This document shows positions 21,671-34,009 of a stretch of DNA of 64,000 nucleotides, one piece after another. Position 1 is the first letter of the stretch, and each line of letters opens with the position of its first letter. Source of the stretch: Perkinsela sp. CCAP 1560/9 (lineage: Eukaryota; Protista; Euglenozoa: Kinetoplastea); NCBI GenBank assembly GCA_965644495.1, contig CBFFSA010000001.1:3782001-3846000 (forward strand), given 5' to 3'. Under the pieces are notes generated by a model, which made no database searches, was not told the origin of the DNA, and saw only the letters and a list, made by a program, of their open reading frames with translations. The position numbers and the translations under genes are program-made.

Positions 21671-22321
21671 ATGTTTAGACGGTGCATTCAAATCCATGAG
21701 AACTGGCGAGAGCTTTACCACCGCATTCATGGACCTCGAAGACTCGCACTCGCCCAATGGCTTCGGGACAGGAAAGTAAACGCGACAGGAGTACCGGGGG
21801 ATGGTGCCTTCCCTCCTGGCTACTCCCCCAATCATGCTCAAGGCCCTGCTCCGAATAGCTACGTCCAGCAGAGCATGGAAAACGCACACGAGCGTCATAA
21901 ACGGGACAGGACCTCCACAGAAACTTTACAAGACCGTAACGTAAGTCCGTCCACCTCTTCTCCATTGGGAGGAGAGTCGCCACAGAAGGAATTGGTTCCC
22001 CACACATCCGGATCCTATCCTACTGCTCGGTATCGCTACAACCGCTGGTGGGTGAGTAACTCGGGTGATTTTGTGGAGCAAATCCACGTGTTCGAGGATC
22101 CCAGGGTGATTGAACGTCGACGCACGCAATTGCCCGACCCTACCCATGAGGACTTGTGGCGGAAGAACCAGTGCCCCTTTTTCACCCCTTTCGAGCCTTT
22201 CGTAAAGGTGATGGACTACCCCGATGACCCGGATGCGAAGCACTTGTACAGCGCGACTATCCCAAAGTGGAAAGATTTCATGAAGCGCACGCGACCACCT
22301 ATACCTCGTACCTGGTATTGA
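21671..22321 (+). CDS. Probable mitochondrial protein (possibly mitoribosome-associated)
   Basis: MFRR-type N-terminus typical of kinetoplastid mitochondrial targeting, and a W/P/R-rich composition. Exact family not recognised. Confidence 0.65.
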   Translation: MFRRCIQIHENWRELYHRIHGPRRLALAQWLRDRKVNATGVPGDGAFPPGYSPNHAQGPAPNSYVQQSMENAHERHKRDRTSTETLQDRNVSPSTSSPLGGESPQKELVPHTSGSYPTARYRYNRWWVSNSGDFVEQIHVFEDPRVIERRRTQLPDPTHEDLWRKNQCPFFTPFEPFVKVMDYPDDPDAKHLYSATIPKWKDFMKRTRPPIPRTWY

Positions 22322-22554
22322 GGTCGAGAGTTTGTTTTTGTCGGGTTTGGGAGTGCCTGGAGGATTTTTATGGGACTTCGCAGCAAAACTCAGTTATTCT
22401 GACTTAAAGTCACTTTGGTACAATAAATCTAATAGCTAAACATTCAATTCACGGCTTATACAAGTTCTGTAATTCTGTATAAATGTTTAAAATGCGTCTT
22501 AGTTTCTACCATGTTCCGTCTTACCATTAGCGAGATGGACCGAGCAGATACATC

Positions 22555-23190
22555 ATGTTTGGTCACACGCATTGCATTTCAGCAGCAAGACGTATTTTTA
22601 AGGAAAAACCAAAATTGGATCGAGTTGCGAAAGTACGACAAATTCGAAAACGGCCATGTGTTGAATTATTACCAGTAAGTGCAAAGACGATTTTCTTTTC
22701 CGAATATGCCAAATACGGAAAATCGAATCCAGCGACTCCTTTCACACTAAAAGCGGCGAATATAGAATATGATAGGTTAACCGAAGACCTGCTTCGCAGA
22801 TACAAAGATATTGCCTTTATTAATTTGCAAAGGAAACGACACTTGCAAGACATTGTAAAAGGTCTAAGAAGTTCCGCTTTTTGTTTATACAAAAGCAGGC
22901 ATATGAAATCTATCTATCAAGACATAGTGCCTGTATTTTCCGATCGAAGAAACGCGTTTCTTGCGGCATTCAAGCAGGTTAGGGCCGACTACCTTGCCCT
23001 GTCGTACAGGAAGAAGAAAGTTCTGTTGGACGAGGCAAAATCAATAAGGGAAAATGCAAGGTCCTTCATACAACAACAAGATCAAAGTAGAACACCGCTT
23101 TATCACAAGAGTTCAGGTGCTGCATCGACAAAAAAGGACTATCAATGGAAAAAAGGAAAAGAAACTGCAATTTCGAACAAGAGAAAATAG
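22555..23190 (+). CDS. Basic protein with two degenerate HMG-box-like segments (KAP/TFAM-like)
   Basis: PVSAKTIFFSEY..YDRLTEDLLRRY and SSAFCLY..YLALSYRKKKVL resemble HMG helices. Very K/R-rich. Confidence 0.5.
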   Translation: MFGHTHCISAARRIFKEKPKLDRVAKVRQIRKRPCVELLPVSAKTIFFSEYAKYGKSNPATPFTLKAANIEYDRLTEDLLRRYKDIAFINLQRKRHLQDIVKGLRSSAFCLYKSRHMKSIYQDIVPVFSDRRNAFLAAFKQVRADYLALSYRKKKVLLDEAKSIRENARSFIQQQDQSRTPLYHKSSGAASTKKDYQWKKGKETAISNKRK

Positions 23191-23193
23191 TTG

Positions 23194-23907
23194 CTGTCAC
23201 CCCTATTCAATAGCGCCGTGATTCAAAAAAAAATGCTTTACACCCTATCTAGAAATCTACCCTTGCATTTCTTAGTACAGTGCCACACACTATCCTCTAA
23301 TTCCATTTCTTTTGGTGATGAGTGTGTCCTTTTTCCACTGAAGACCCTTCTCGTGACAAGCCCGTGGCTTTGAAGCCACTGCTCGCTATGCTTCCGTCCG
23401 GCGTGATATACGGCTGAGGGTGAACTTTCTTCGACAAGCGAACCCCCGACACCCCTGGCATACCATAGAAAATAACGGAAAAAGGGTATACAATAGTCAT
23501 ATACAATATTATCTACGTAGATAATGGCCTTTTGTCGAAAGGAAAAATGTCAAGCTAAAAAGTCATAAGAAAAGCGAATTTTCCTTTACCTCCACCCAAA
23601 AAATTGTCGAATCCGCCGCTTTCCGTATCTACCCCAACAACAAAAAGTGTATCGAAAGGGAGCAGAAGCTTGTTTAACAACGATAAAAAAGGGCGCCGCG
23701 AACCGATTTTTTTTCGGTATATATATTACGTACTCAACTTTTACGTAACAATTACGTATATATTACGTACGAATATACGGTATTTTATTTTTTCGGTAAA
23801 TAAGGTATACCGAAACCGATTTTTTTTCTTTCACATTATTTTCCAGGCCCCCCCTTGAATGGGGCCTTTTGCCCAAAATCGGCGTCCTATTAAATAGGGG
23901 GAGATAG
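23194..23907. mobile_element. Degenerate MITE-like element containing a Merlin 5' fragment
   Basis: Imperfect TIRs CTGTCACCCCTATTCAATAG / CTATTAAATAGGGGGAGATAG|TA. Internal 23255-23590 is highly similar to 52860-53185. Confidence 0.6.
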
Positions 23908-24528
23908 TAATAAAACAGGGTTGCGCAAGTTTATAGTTACAGTAGATAAGAAAAATGGGTTAAACTGAACTAATATTCGCAATTTTGCAAATTTTTACAG
24001 AAAAAATCTCTTTTTTCTCGTACTTTAAGCTTTTCTCAACTTGTACATGCTTACTTCTTACAAATAAACGCATGCACGGCATTGCTTCAAATTTACTAAA
24101 ACTTGAAACAATGAATCACCCCCGTTACACTTCAAACTTCCGGTGCATACCTCTGCTTATGCTTGTATTCGGTACCCTTCTTTTACAGCTTCCTACCTGT
24201 CCCGCTTCAGACGCTTTTTGGCCATAGAGCTCATTTTTGTTGCAAACGAGAAATCTCGCTCTCATAGCAAAGCACTACGCTGACATTTTACCTTATAGCC
24301 GGGTTTGTAAACCCGGTTTGTACCGGATAAGTTTAAGATTTATTATCAAAATACAGCAAATATTGCCGCGCTCTTTTGTTGCTCTTAAAAACTCTCAACA
24401 TTTAAAAAAAGGAGTGCGCTACTGTACTACCACTCCGAGTATTGAGTCCAGCAATTGAAAAGCGTTCAATAAAATAAGTTTATAGAATTGTCCACCGAGT
24501 CGTCCAGTAGAATTATCGTAAAATTTTA

Positions 24529-25182
24529 ATGATAACATTATTTTTCATGTCAGACACGCCATCAAGGCCACGCCTGGGTAAAGTACGTGGTCACAGATTA
24601 CCTCAAGAATACGATCTCGCACGGTTTTTCCGGGGCATTGAGGAGCCGCCCAAAACGTGGTCCACTGAAACACCTGCATGTAGGTGGAGAGGCGTCAGGT
24701 GCAATAGTCAAAGCAAAATAAATAGAATCGACATTTCTTGCACGCGAAGCAAGGGCACAATTGACTGGGCACACAGTCCCGAGACAGCCATTACTATCAA
24801 TCTTCCTCAGAACACCCTTTCCGGGTCTGTGCAATGGGAAAGTTTGCCTCCCTATCTGGAAGAACTACGACTTCACAACAACGCTTTCGAAGGAGAAATC
24901 CATCTAGGGGACATACCGAGATCGATGCAGAAAATTAGGCTAGACTACAATAAATTTTCCGGGGAGGTAGATTTCTCGAACGTTCCCCGTGGTCTTGTAG
25001 AGTTGGTCCTTTCCCATAACCGCGGACTCACGGGTTCGGTAGACGTGACGAAATTGTCCATGGCATTGCGTGCGGATCTTTCACGTTCGCAGAACTTGTG
25101 TTGGAAAGGGACGCAAATCGTGGAGAAAAGTTTTCTGGACATGTACGTTAGCAAAAACAGTTTCTTGGGTACGCATTTGTGA
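24529..25182 (+). CDS. Small LRR protein
   Basis: SDTPSRPRLGKVRGHRLPQEYDL, PACRWRGVRC cap, LRRs. Confidence 0.9.
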   Translation: MITLFFMSDTPSRPRLGKVRGHRLPQEYDLARFFRGIEEPPKTWSTETPACRWRGVRCNSQSKINRIDISCTRSKGTIDWAHSPETAITINLPQNTLSGSVQWESLPPYLEELRLHNNAFEGEIHLGDIPRSMQKIRLDYNKFSGEVDFSNVPRGLVELVLSHNRGLTGSVDVTKLSMALRADLSRSQNLCWKGTQIVEKSFLDMYVSKNSFLGTHL

Positions 25183-25656
25183 GTACTAGCACGCATGCAG
25201 TACAGCATTGCATATTACTGTATACAGTGACCCCCGTTTAAGTTCTTAAGGAAAATGAGGCGCGCTTGAACGTGGGGTACAGTTTAAAGAACTTATAAAC
25301 TTATCCATAAATCTTTAGGATGCGATGTCTTTTTTTGTATTTTCTTGTGGTGTTTACTAAAAGTGTTTGCCATATGAGCACTAAATACGTATATAAAGCA
25401 CTAAAATATGTATAAAAATTTTGATAAAGACACTGAACGTATGAGTCGTGAAAAAAAGCATGGGTCTTCAAAAAAAGAGGAGCTAGGAAATTGGTTTGAA
25501 ACGGATGCTTAGCGTTTGAAAATTGATACCATGACTGTTTCTTAGTTCTCCAGGTACTCTATTTACATGAGTAATTGTCTACTTTTTGATACGTACGTTT
25601 ACACACCCTACTCAGCATCCTTTGATTGGATATTCTACATTGTAAATTTATAGCGA

Positions 25657-26286
25657 ATGGATTTTTCCAGTGAGGCATTCGAAACGCAAAAGCGAGCGAC
25701 ATCCGGATCAGCGACGCGCCTAGGGAGAGTCAGCGCTGCGTCGCATTTTCAAGATCAGCTTTTTCAATTCACCTGCAACGTGCATCCTGTTCATCCCACG
25801 TGGGATATAAAGAGACCTGCGTGTGAGTGGAACGGTGTGAATTGTGACGAGCGGGGGAATGTCGTGGAACTGATGTGGGCGATTCGTAACTTAGCGGGTA
25901 AGCCCTGCTGGTCATCGTTACCTGCCATGTTGCAAAAGATTTACCTGAACGGTAATCATCTCTCTGGGTCATTACCGTTTGAAGATCTTCCGGGGCAGCT
26001 GGTGGAACTGCACGCAAGCGGAAATTTGTTTTCGGGTGCACTCGATTTCACGCAGCTGCCGCCCACAATGTGTTCCATAAATCTGGATCGCAATCGGTTT
26101 GATGGGGAAGTAAATCTTAGTCAGCTTCCGAATGGTCTCACAATATTGTGTTTAGATTACAATCAAAGGTTGAGTGGTCAAATTTCCAAAGAACATTTAC
26201 CAAAGACTCTTGTGCATTGTTCACTGCTGGGGACAGGCATCGAATGGGGTGACAGCCATAGTTCGTCCATGTGTACTACTATGTGA
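25657..26286 (+). CDS. Small LRR protein (ends in CTTM, CaaX-like)
   Basis: RLGRV, PACEWNGVNC cap, LRRs. Confidence 0.9.
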   Translation: MDFSSEAFETQKRATSGSATRLGRVSAASHFQDQLFQFTCNVHPVHPTWDIKRPACEWNGVNCDERGNVVELMWAIRNLAGKPCWSSLPAMLQKIYLNGNHLSGSLPFEDLPGQLVELHASGNLFSGALDFTQLPPTMCSINLDRNRFDGEVNLSQLPNGLTILCLDYNQRLSGQISKEHLPKTLVHCSLLGTGIEWGDSHSSSMCTTM

Positions 26287-26621
26287 GAAGAACTCATCCT
26301 TGACTAAAGATGACGCTTGTCAATTCACTTGGCAGACACGCAACGCATGTCGGTCTATCCAATGAAGCAGTAGTGGTACAGTGTATTGTAAAAAAAGTGT
26401 AATAACTTTCTATGTAGGTGTTCTGTGTTGTTTTAGAAGAAAATATTTGGAAATTCTTGATGAAGGGATAGATTCAGGAGGGTTTTTGCAACGCTACGTA
26501 ACAGAAGTTGCGTTCACCGGCTTAATGATGTACATATTAAATTCAACCGAGTAGCATAATCAACTTTTACTTTTGAAACCAACGTACTTTTTTCAAAAAC
26601 GTTTTTCTCAAATACGATTTG

Positions 26622-27449
26622 ATGTCAAAAGAAAGCATTCCAGTTGGGGAAAAGGAAGCAATTAAATCTAATCCACCTACTATAGACACAGAAACTGTGG
26701 GCATACCTAAAGAAGTATTGGGAAAACTTTCTTCTCTTCAAGACGCGCTTAACCAGTTTATTGACAAAGATTGGATATCGAAGAGATCTTGCGCGGACTG
26801 GTCTCTCGCGATAACGTTAGAATGTGCAGAGCTAATTGATTCCTACCCGTGGAAATGGTGGAAGAGCGTTCACCGTGAGCCCGATCTAAAAAATGTATGC
26901 ATTGAACTTGTAGATATCCTTCATTTCTCGTTGTCTGGAATGATACAAGTGGATGCTCTAGCAGGTCGAACAGATACAACGGAAAATGGTCCTAATACTG
27001 ATGAAGCTAAAAACGGCGAGAAAAATTTATTGCTAGACCGCGTTCATCATCCTCTTTCTAACACACAGAATGCTATTCGAACGTTCCGTCAACTTATTCG
27101 TGATGCCGACCACAACCTTTTCGACATTGTTACTTCAACTGTCATTCAAGCTGCAAGCGATCTTTCTTTTAATCTTGTTGCCTACTACCTCGCAAAGCAC
27201 ACGTTAAATCATGTACGGCAGCTCGGGGGTTACAAGGCATCGAAGTATCGAAAAGTGGACAGTGCAGGTCGTGAAGATAACGAACTCTTACATGATTGTA
27301 TTCGTGATCTGGGTCCGTGTACGACAGAATTTCTTCAGAATTTCGATTCAAAAGCAAACTGTATTCTGAGTAGAGTGTATGACGTATTTGATACGCCTCA
27401 AGAACAACGCCAGACAGTGGAGAGGTGGTTGTGGAAGAAAGGCAACTAA
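26622..27449 (+). CDS. Dimeric all-alpha dUTPase (kinetoplastid/Campylobacter type)
   Basis: LQDALN, ECAELIDSYPWKWWK, IELVDILHFSLSG, YYLAKHTLN.VRQL.GYK, EDNELL. Confidence 0.93.
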   Translation: MSKESIPVGEKEAIKSNPPTIDTETVGIPKEVLGKLSSLQDALNQFIDKDWISKRSCADWSLAITLECAELIDSYPWKWWKSVHREPDLKNVCIELVDILHFSLSGMIQVDALAGRTDTTENGPNTDEAKNGEKNLLLDRVHHPLSNTQNAIRTFRQLIRDADHNLFDIVTSTVIQAASDLSFNLVAYYLAKHTLNHVRQLGGYKASKYRKVDSAGREDNELLHDCIRDLGPCTTEFLQNFDSKANCILSRVYDVFDTPQEQRQTVERWLWKKGN

Positions 27450-28327
27450 AGGCCGGAATAAATACTTTTTATTGGTTTTGCGATAGAAGAGAGAAATTCG
27501 TAGTCTTTCAAGAAATCGCAATTGTACCCGGCGTACATATTCATTTTGAGCTCCATTTAAATACATTTTTTGGGTTTCATAGAATACATAATAAGAAAAG
27601 CAATTGAAGAAAACCGCGGCCTTATGGAAACGGTTATGGAACGGTCCTACAACATGTACCAGAATATACGAAAAAAATTACAGCATTCATAAATATCACG
27701 GAAACCATAAATTAAGGGGAGACAAACATTGTAAATCCCATGATTTCGAGCGTATTCTGAAATATGGACAAGTTTTACAAATTTTAGACCCCCCAGCATC
27801 TGATTTTCACCCCTGCATACGATGATCTCTGCGTTGTCGTGCACGTTTCTTTTTCTCTCGGCATTCCTGTCATTACCGTTACCCCCCCCCCTTACTTCGC
27901 CTCCCCCCTTACTTCACCACATTTAGTCACTGGATGTGTGGTGAAGTAAGGGGGGTGTCAGATTTTTCCCCAGGCAACTTACCACCTCTACACAGCCGGA
28001 CGGGTGCACTGCAACCGACCGTTACATCGGTAGAGGACTTCGGCCTCCAGACTTCCAAATCTATCTGTGAAGTGTCTGGCTTGCCAGTGACCAATCGGAG
28101 CAATCCGGAATGATTGATTCGTTGAACCATTTCGAATTTAGAACGATTTTCTTCCATGTCAGTTTCATCATCGCTTTGATCATAAAGTTGCGCCACAGCG
28201 TCTTGTAGTTCTAAAATTTAAGTTGATGTTCAATAAGTTATGTTCTGCGACATCATTTAAATTTTACGATGTAAGAAATTTTCATGGGCGGAAAGATAAA
28301 AATGCATGGGACATTGTGGACAAGCTA

Positions 28328-29096
28328 CCGGTGAAACTTTAATTAAGAATAACATTAATTAACGTAATGTCTGACGAGAAAAAAATGATTACGTTAATTA
28401 ATGCTACGTTCATTAAAGTTACGTTAATTTGTGTTTTTGTGGCGCGATAGCAAAATTTAGTTCCACAAAAAATTTGAGGTTTATTATTTTTAAGCCCACA
28501 AAATTGAACAAAGTTTGGACACTTATCCAAAATTTCACCTAAAGCGAAATAGTCCACCGCCTATGGGTGTAGTTTCCAAGGGCAACGGGCCGTATTGAGG
28601 CGTCTGCTAGAAATTTAAAAAAAGAAATTATTACTTATTTTTCGCCTTTTTTTGACCAAATTTAATTACCGTCAAAGTACTTATTAACAATAATAGTAAT
28701 TAACGGAATGTTTTTTTGGACGGAAATTATTCCGTTAATTATTATTCCAATGATTTTTACCAAAATCCTAACAAAATTTAAGCGTCAAGAGATCTATCTT
28801 GTAACTTCTGCGGATACGTCTTAATCGATTCATCCTTTCGCGGTGACGTCGTTTTTGTTTTTCAGGAGAGAAATGTTTTGAATTTTGTTGATGAACAGAC
28901 CGACCACTGACTAAAATTTTTGGGAAGAGTTTGGTGAAAATCTAAAAAAAATATTATTCCGTTAATTATTATTCCGTTAATTTTTATTCCAATGATTTTT
29001 ATTCCGTTAATAAGTACTTTGACGGTATTACGTTAATTAATACTACGTTAATTAAAAAAACGTACATTTTAATTACGTTAAAAAGTGTTTCACCGG
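28328..29096. mobile_element. Middle MITE of the triple nest
   Basis: TA|CCGGTGAAAC .. GTTTCACCGG|TA, with repeated TACGTTAATTAA motif. Confidence 0.8.
28669..29025. mobile_element. Inner MITE of the triple nest
   Basis: TA|CCGTCAAAGTACTTATTAAC .. GTTAATAAGTACTTTGACGG|TA, with repeated TTATTCCGTTAAT. Confidence 0.9.
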
Positions 29097-29344
29097 TAAA
29101 AGAAACATAAAATATAGAACGTGCAACACGAGGTATTACAACACTCAAGAAAAGGAAATTATGCTCAATATCGATAGCATAGTGTACTTCAATAATTTGA
29201 GGATTTCCGAAAGAAATATAGATTGATCGAACTTTGAATCACTTATTCACCCCCCTTACTTCACCACCCCCCTTACTTCACCACAAAGTACAGGTTTTGG
29301 ACCAAAAAGTGGGGGCTAAGTAAGGGGGGGATAACGGTATATAA

Positions 29345-29535
29345 ATTCCTTCTGTATGATAGAAACAGTGTCTCGTGCAGCCGCAGTTCGCATTTCATGG
29401 ACAGAAGCAACAACTTTGCTTCCAACGTTTTGGTCAATTCTGTGACAGTTTGACTGCTTAAAAGTGTTTCTAGTGCCAATTGTTCACGGCCATTGTCATT
29501 CGCCATACGTTATAGAACCTGGATAATTTGACATT
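29345..29535 (-). pseudogene. Merlin transposase fragment
   Basis: MANDNGREQLALETLLSSQTVTELTK is nearly identical to part of 37194-38177. Confidence 0.8.
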
Positions 29536-29916
29536 GTGTTCACAAAAAACACTTTGCGAGTAGAATATGACAAGAAAACGTTTAGACCACATCAAAGCAA
29601 AATATCACTTTTTCGTAAAATTATGCTTCACTTTCACTTTCACTTCTACTGGTGATCACTTTTTTAACACTTTAGCAAGAATAACTTATCACACCTGTGA
29701 CCTTCTAACATACCTGTGACCTCGTACAATACCGGGGTGTATATTAAGCCGGACCCGTTTATTTGTTTTCCTTAATTTATCAGTGGACTGCAAACCATGG
29801 ATTCTAATAATTTATTGGAACCATTGGTTTATTATAACCATTGGTTTATTATAAACCAATACTTTATCTATATAACTTACCTCTAACTTTCGTAAATTTG
29901 TTTTGGCATCCACCAC

Positions 29917-30756
29917 ATGAGCATAACAATACTTGCGATGTCCCTCTCCGACGCTCAGAAGCCGCACGCCCCGCGAAATTCGCACAACGAGGGAAATGAA
30001 GAAGGCAAGCACAATGTTCGAATAGGAAGGGTGGGAGGTTCGAATTTACCTCAGGAATACGAGCTCGCACGGTTTGTTGAATTAGTAGAAAATCCACACC
30101 CTACATGGAACGTATCGACACCGGCGTGTGAATGGAAAGGTGTAACTTGTGAGGATGGCCTACATGTCACTAAGATTGATTGGGAAAATGTTGCCGAGCT
30201 GAATAGCCTATCCGGGTCCATTCAATGGGAGTGGCTCCCCCAGAAAATCTTAGTGGTTGATGTCGCAAAACAGAAATTGTCTGGAAATGTCCCTCTCAAG
30301 ACGCTTCCTTCGAAATTACGTGTTTTAAATTTGGTTCTAAATCAATTTTCGGGCGGTTTGGATTTACAATTTTTGCCAAACACATTAGAGAAGGTTTGGG
30401 TGGATTACAATAATTTTCAAGATGGTGTGGACTTGACGCAGTTGTCTCAGAGCTTGTTAGCGTTAACTCTTAGTAGCAATAAGTTATCCGGGCATGTCGA
30501 TCTTGTTAGTTTGCCTAGCGGCATGACCTGTCTCAATCTATCGCGAAATTTGTTTACTGGACCAGTTCAGCTGCGCCGGTTGCCCGCGACGCTGAAAGCA
30601 CTGTACCTTAACAACAATCACTTCACTGGGTTAGCAAGGCTTGATAATCTTCCAGAAAGCTTGGAAGTCTTGTGGATGCACGACAATGACGAACTCGCCT
30701 CTGAAGGCAATCCTCTTGATATCGATCACACTCTAGCGCTGAGCATTACCCTCTAA
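29917..30756 (+). CDS. LRR protein
   Basis: RIGRVGGSNLPQEYEL, PACEWKGVTC, about 7 LRRs. Confidence 0.92.
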   Translation: MSITILAMSLSDAQKPHAPRNSHNEGNEEGKHNVRIGRVGGSNLPQEYELARFVELVENPHPTWNVSTPACEWKGVTCEDGLHVTKIDWENVAELNSLSGSIQWEWLPQKILVVDVAKQKLSGNVPLKTLPSKLRVLNLVLNQFSGGLDLQFLPNTLEKVWVDYNNFQDGVDLTQLSQSLLALTLSSNKLSGHVDLVSLPSGMTCLNLSRNLFTGPVQLRRLPATLKALYLNNNHFTGLARLDNLPESLEVLWMHDNDELASEGNPLDIDHTLALSITL

Positions 30757-31244
30757 TATGATGATGCTTTTTACTGTTTATACAAATGTATAATATTATA
30801 TTATATTTGCCGTAATACAGGATTTTTGCTGTATGATAATGCTTGTTTTGCTGGCGAAGGGTTTAAGGGGGGGGTGTAAAAAATGCTGTTATTTTAAGAA
30901 GTTACTTTAAACATAGTAACTTGCTATACTATTTCATTTTCCTGATCCTTTTCGAACATTAAGTTAATCGATTTTGGATATTGTATAAATTAGCAGTATA
31001 AATTAGCTGTAAATTTACATTACATTGGTGTACATTCACTTTGTACTACATTCACCTGGTACAAAAATATGTATAAATGTTACATGTTATTGTACGTTTC
31101 TGGGAAAGAGTGCACTTATAGAACCCCATTGCACGAGGACTGCTCTATTCTTGATTTTCTAGTGTAAAAATCGTGTATGCAGTTGTGGCTTTTTATAGGA
31201 CACGTGATTCTGTACACGTTTTTCGAAGGTACATTTAAAATTTT

Positions 31245-31508
31245 ATGGATACGTTGACACCTCCGACATCGGCCCGCGATGACCAGGGGCGTGTGGTAAA
31301 CGAACTTCAACGCGACGTTGAACTTTTCGAGCAGTTTCGCAGTGCAGCCGGAAAAGGCGATCGTTCGCAAATACAGAAAATAATAGGACTTTATGAACTC
31401 GAAAAAGAAAGCTTGACAAAGGAGTGTGAGAAATACGCTAAAACACTGAAGAAGCTTGAAGAACAGTGTACTCAACTGCGAAGGTGGTATGAGAATATCA
31501 TGACATAA
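31245..31508 (+). CDS. Short coiled-coil hypothetical protein
   Basis: 87-aa ATG ORF on the host strand with E/K/L heptad character. No other support. Confidence 0.4.
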   Translation: MDTLTPPTSARDDQGRVVNELQRDVELFEQFRSAAGKGDRSQIQKIIGLYELEKESLTKECEKYAKTLKKLEEQCTQLRRWYENIMT

Positions 31509-31986
31509 CTGTCAAAAGCAATTCTTTTTGATTGACTTTAAATTTTGTACAGTCCAAAATTAGTCATACGTTTTATTCTGTCCCTCAGTATGACAGAATT
31601 CAAATGCGATCGATCGATCAGTTACCTTACCGGTTCGGAGCTCAAGTTTAGTGGCTCTTTTTGAGGCGCAGCGGCACACCAAATTGTACTCTCATAAACT
31701 TTCGATGCTCAAGATGATCCTACACCCCTAATCAGAAAAACTGTTATAAAGGGTTTGAAATCATGGAGAGAGCTTTTGATTTTATTCTTTTTCGTAGTAA
31801 GTTTTTCGTAGTGTTAGGACAGTAGCGGAAAAATATAAATCTAATTTGTACTGTAGGTTATTGGCGTTTTCTTATTACGTCTACTCGATTTCCACCACTG
31901 GGTGGATTTTTGCGTTCAATGATATTCTGCTACTGCAGGCTGATATTTTCTACTTTTCAATGCTTTTCTGAACAAGAATACTAAAA

Positions 31987-32316
31987 ATGCAATGGCTAGC
32001 AGAAGAGCTCCAAATTCGGAAAGAATTACAGCCGCTTTTGCGACTTACTTGTAATCATTTCACTAATAGTCGTGCATTCAAAGATTACGAGGAACGTATA
32101 GAGACTACCATTTTGGCTCTATCTCACCCAGCGCCAGAGGAAAAACAAGTGGGGCAAATATTACTTCGGAATCTCCTTTTGGATTACCATCAACAGGATC
32201 TGACGTGGTATCAGCCTTCATCCCTATTATTGCGGCAGTCAGTGGAGTTAGCTCGATCGGAAATTCGAAAGTCGGAAAAAGAAAATCATGGAGTTCATAC
32301 GCTTCCTGGGCAGTAA
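31987..32316 (+). CDS. Short helical hypothetical protein
   Basis: 109-aa ATG ORF on the host strand with protein-like composition. Confidence 0.35.
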   Translation: MQWLAEELQIRKELQPLLRLTCNHFTNSRAFKDYEERIETTILALSHPAPEEKQVGQILLRNLLLDYHQQDLTWYQPSSLLLRQSVELARSEIRKSEKENHGVHTLPGQ

Positions 32317-33051
32317 AAAAACTTCGGAAATAATATTTCTGATAATTTGCGCCCCACAGAATTCGTACACAGAGCGAAAAGAAGCACTTTTCAAGTCCGA
32401 AATATCGCTCCTTTACGAAGGCTTATTACGAAGGCTTATACGAAGGCTTATTACCGCCGTTCTACCTTGTTGCAGCCTTTTACACCCCTTTAAAATTCCC
32501 CCCAGAGAAAGTAAGAGCTCATTTACCAATGTAAGTTGGTAAAACACTCATAGGCATGACAGACATTGCGCGATATACGCAGCCCAGAAACACCCTATCA
32601 AAAGCACCTGCAAGGTGCAGGCTTCAATTCACATACGGATCCGACACCTCTTTTTCCATTAATTCAATTAATTGTCTTTTTTCTCAAAAAGCAGTCATAA
32701 TGAAGTAAAGGAGCACATGATGTGTTCGCAAAAGAAAAGGAGTTGGAGCGGGTAAAAAATTGCGGTGGTTGTGTAAGTACCGTGTAACTACGGTGTACCC
32801 CCCCGTAACAAGGATCTGACACATTTTATCCCCAGTAACAAAGATTTGGCTCGGTAGGGTGGCTGGACGGGGGGTGGTCTTTTGGTCCAAAACCGATTCT
32901 ATTACTGGGGGTATACAATACCGCTCCACCCTCTTTACACTTATTGGGGTGCCAATCATAGCGGATACTGTTCGAAAAATATAGTGTAAATACTGAAATC
33001 TGTGTATTTTCTTAAATATTGGAATCACCATTTTTCGAATTGATCGCCAAA

Positions 33052-34009
33052 ATGCTTCAAATATGGAACGGGTCGACTCTAAAGATATTTTTCCAGTGTT
33101 TTGCTAGCATTGGGCTTCTCTTCTTGGGCGTTTTCCTGCCAAGTGTTCATGCCCAAACCCCCCATGGGAGTCTATTTCCAAAGGAGCCGAAATACTCCGT
33201 ACGCTTTATTGAGCACTCTGAAGACATTCCACTGGATCGTGAGACCCTACAGAAACATTACGAAAGTTTACGAATCCGTTCTGGCGTCGACCACACACTT
33301 TATCAATGCTTTCTACCCCTGTCAGATCACGCCGGACACATCCTCGGGCTCTCGATCGACCACGGTGTCTGAGTTCTACAACTTTACCAGCACCGAAGGG
33401 CGAATGCAGCTTCATCGCATCCTACAGGACACGCTGTCTCGGAAACGTATACGCAAATCTGCGGGATGGTGGAATTTTGATCTGCAATGGGACTCCGGTC
33501 TATTCCAATACCACCCGGACGCGAAGAATCGAACCGTGCGGCAATCCGAATACTGTCTTGGAAGGTTTTCGTCGTCCAACCACACAGAGGAAGCCCTACC
33601 GCAGTACGTGCCATCACCGGATGCCGCGGAGCCTGGATATCTTCGCTACACCTTAGCGTACGGTGATTTTTGTGAACTCACCCATCAGCCGCGAATGTGT
33701 GAGCTTCAAGTTTTCTGTTCCCGTATTGGGGAGATTGCACATGCGGACCGCTCGATGGAAATCCGAGAAATCGCAAGCTGTAAGTACGAAGCTCATCTTT
33801 ATCTGGACGCTTTGTGTGCATTTCCTCATTTCAAGGTGCAGGTAAGTCCTGAAAATGATATTTACTGTCTTCCGGTTATAGAAGACCCGGAAACTACAGA
33901 AACTGAGTTTATTTCTCCCCAGTATCCTATCGGTGACGATAGGAATGATGGGAAAGAAGATGAGAGCATGAGCATGGGCGCAATATCGGAACAACAAGAT
34001 CTAGAATGA
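33052..34009 (+). CDS. OS-9/Yos9-like ER lectin (MRH domain), one apparent frameshift near 33316
   Basis: Signal peptide and KYSV..YQCFLP in one frame. GWW..LFQYH, Y.LG.F, GDFCELTHQPR, C, EIASCKY..LC in the next frame. Confidence 0.8.

Larger units (their letters stand above)
27876..29337. mobile_element. Outer non-autonomous TIR element of a triple nest
   Basis: TA|CCGTTACCCCCCCCCCTTACTT .. AAGTAAGGGGGGGATAACGG|TA, with repeated CCCCCTTACTTCACCAC. Confidence 0.8.
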
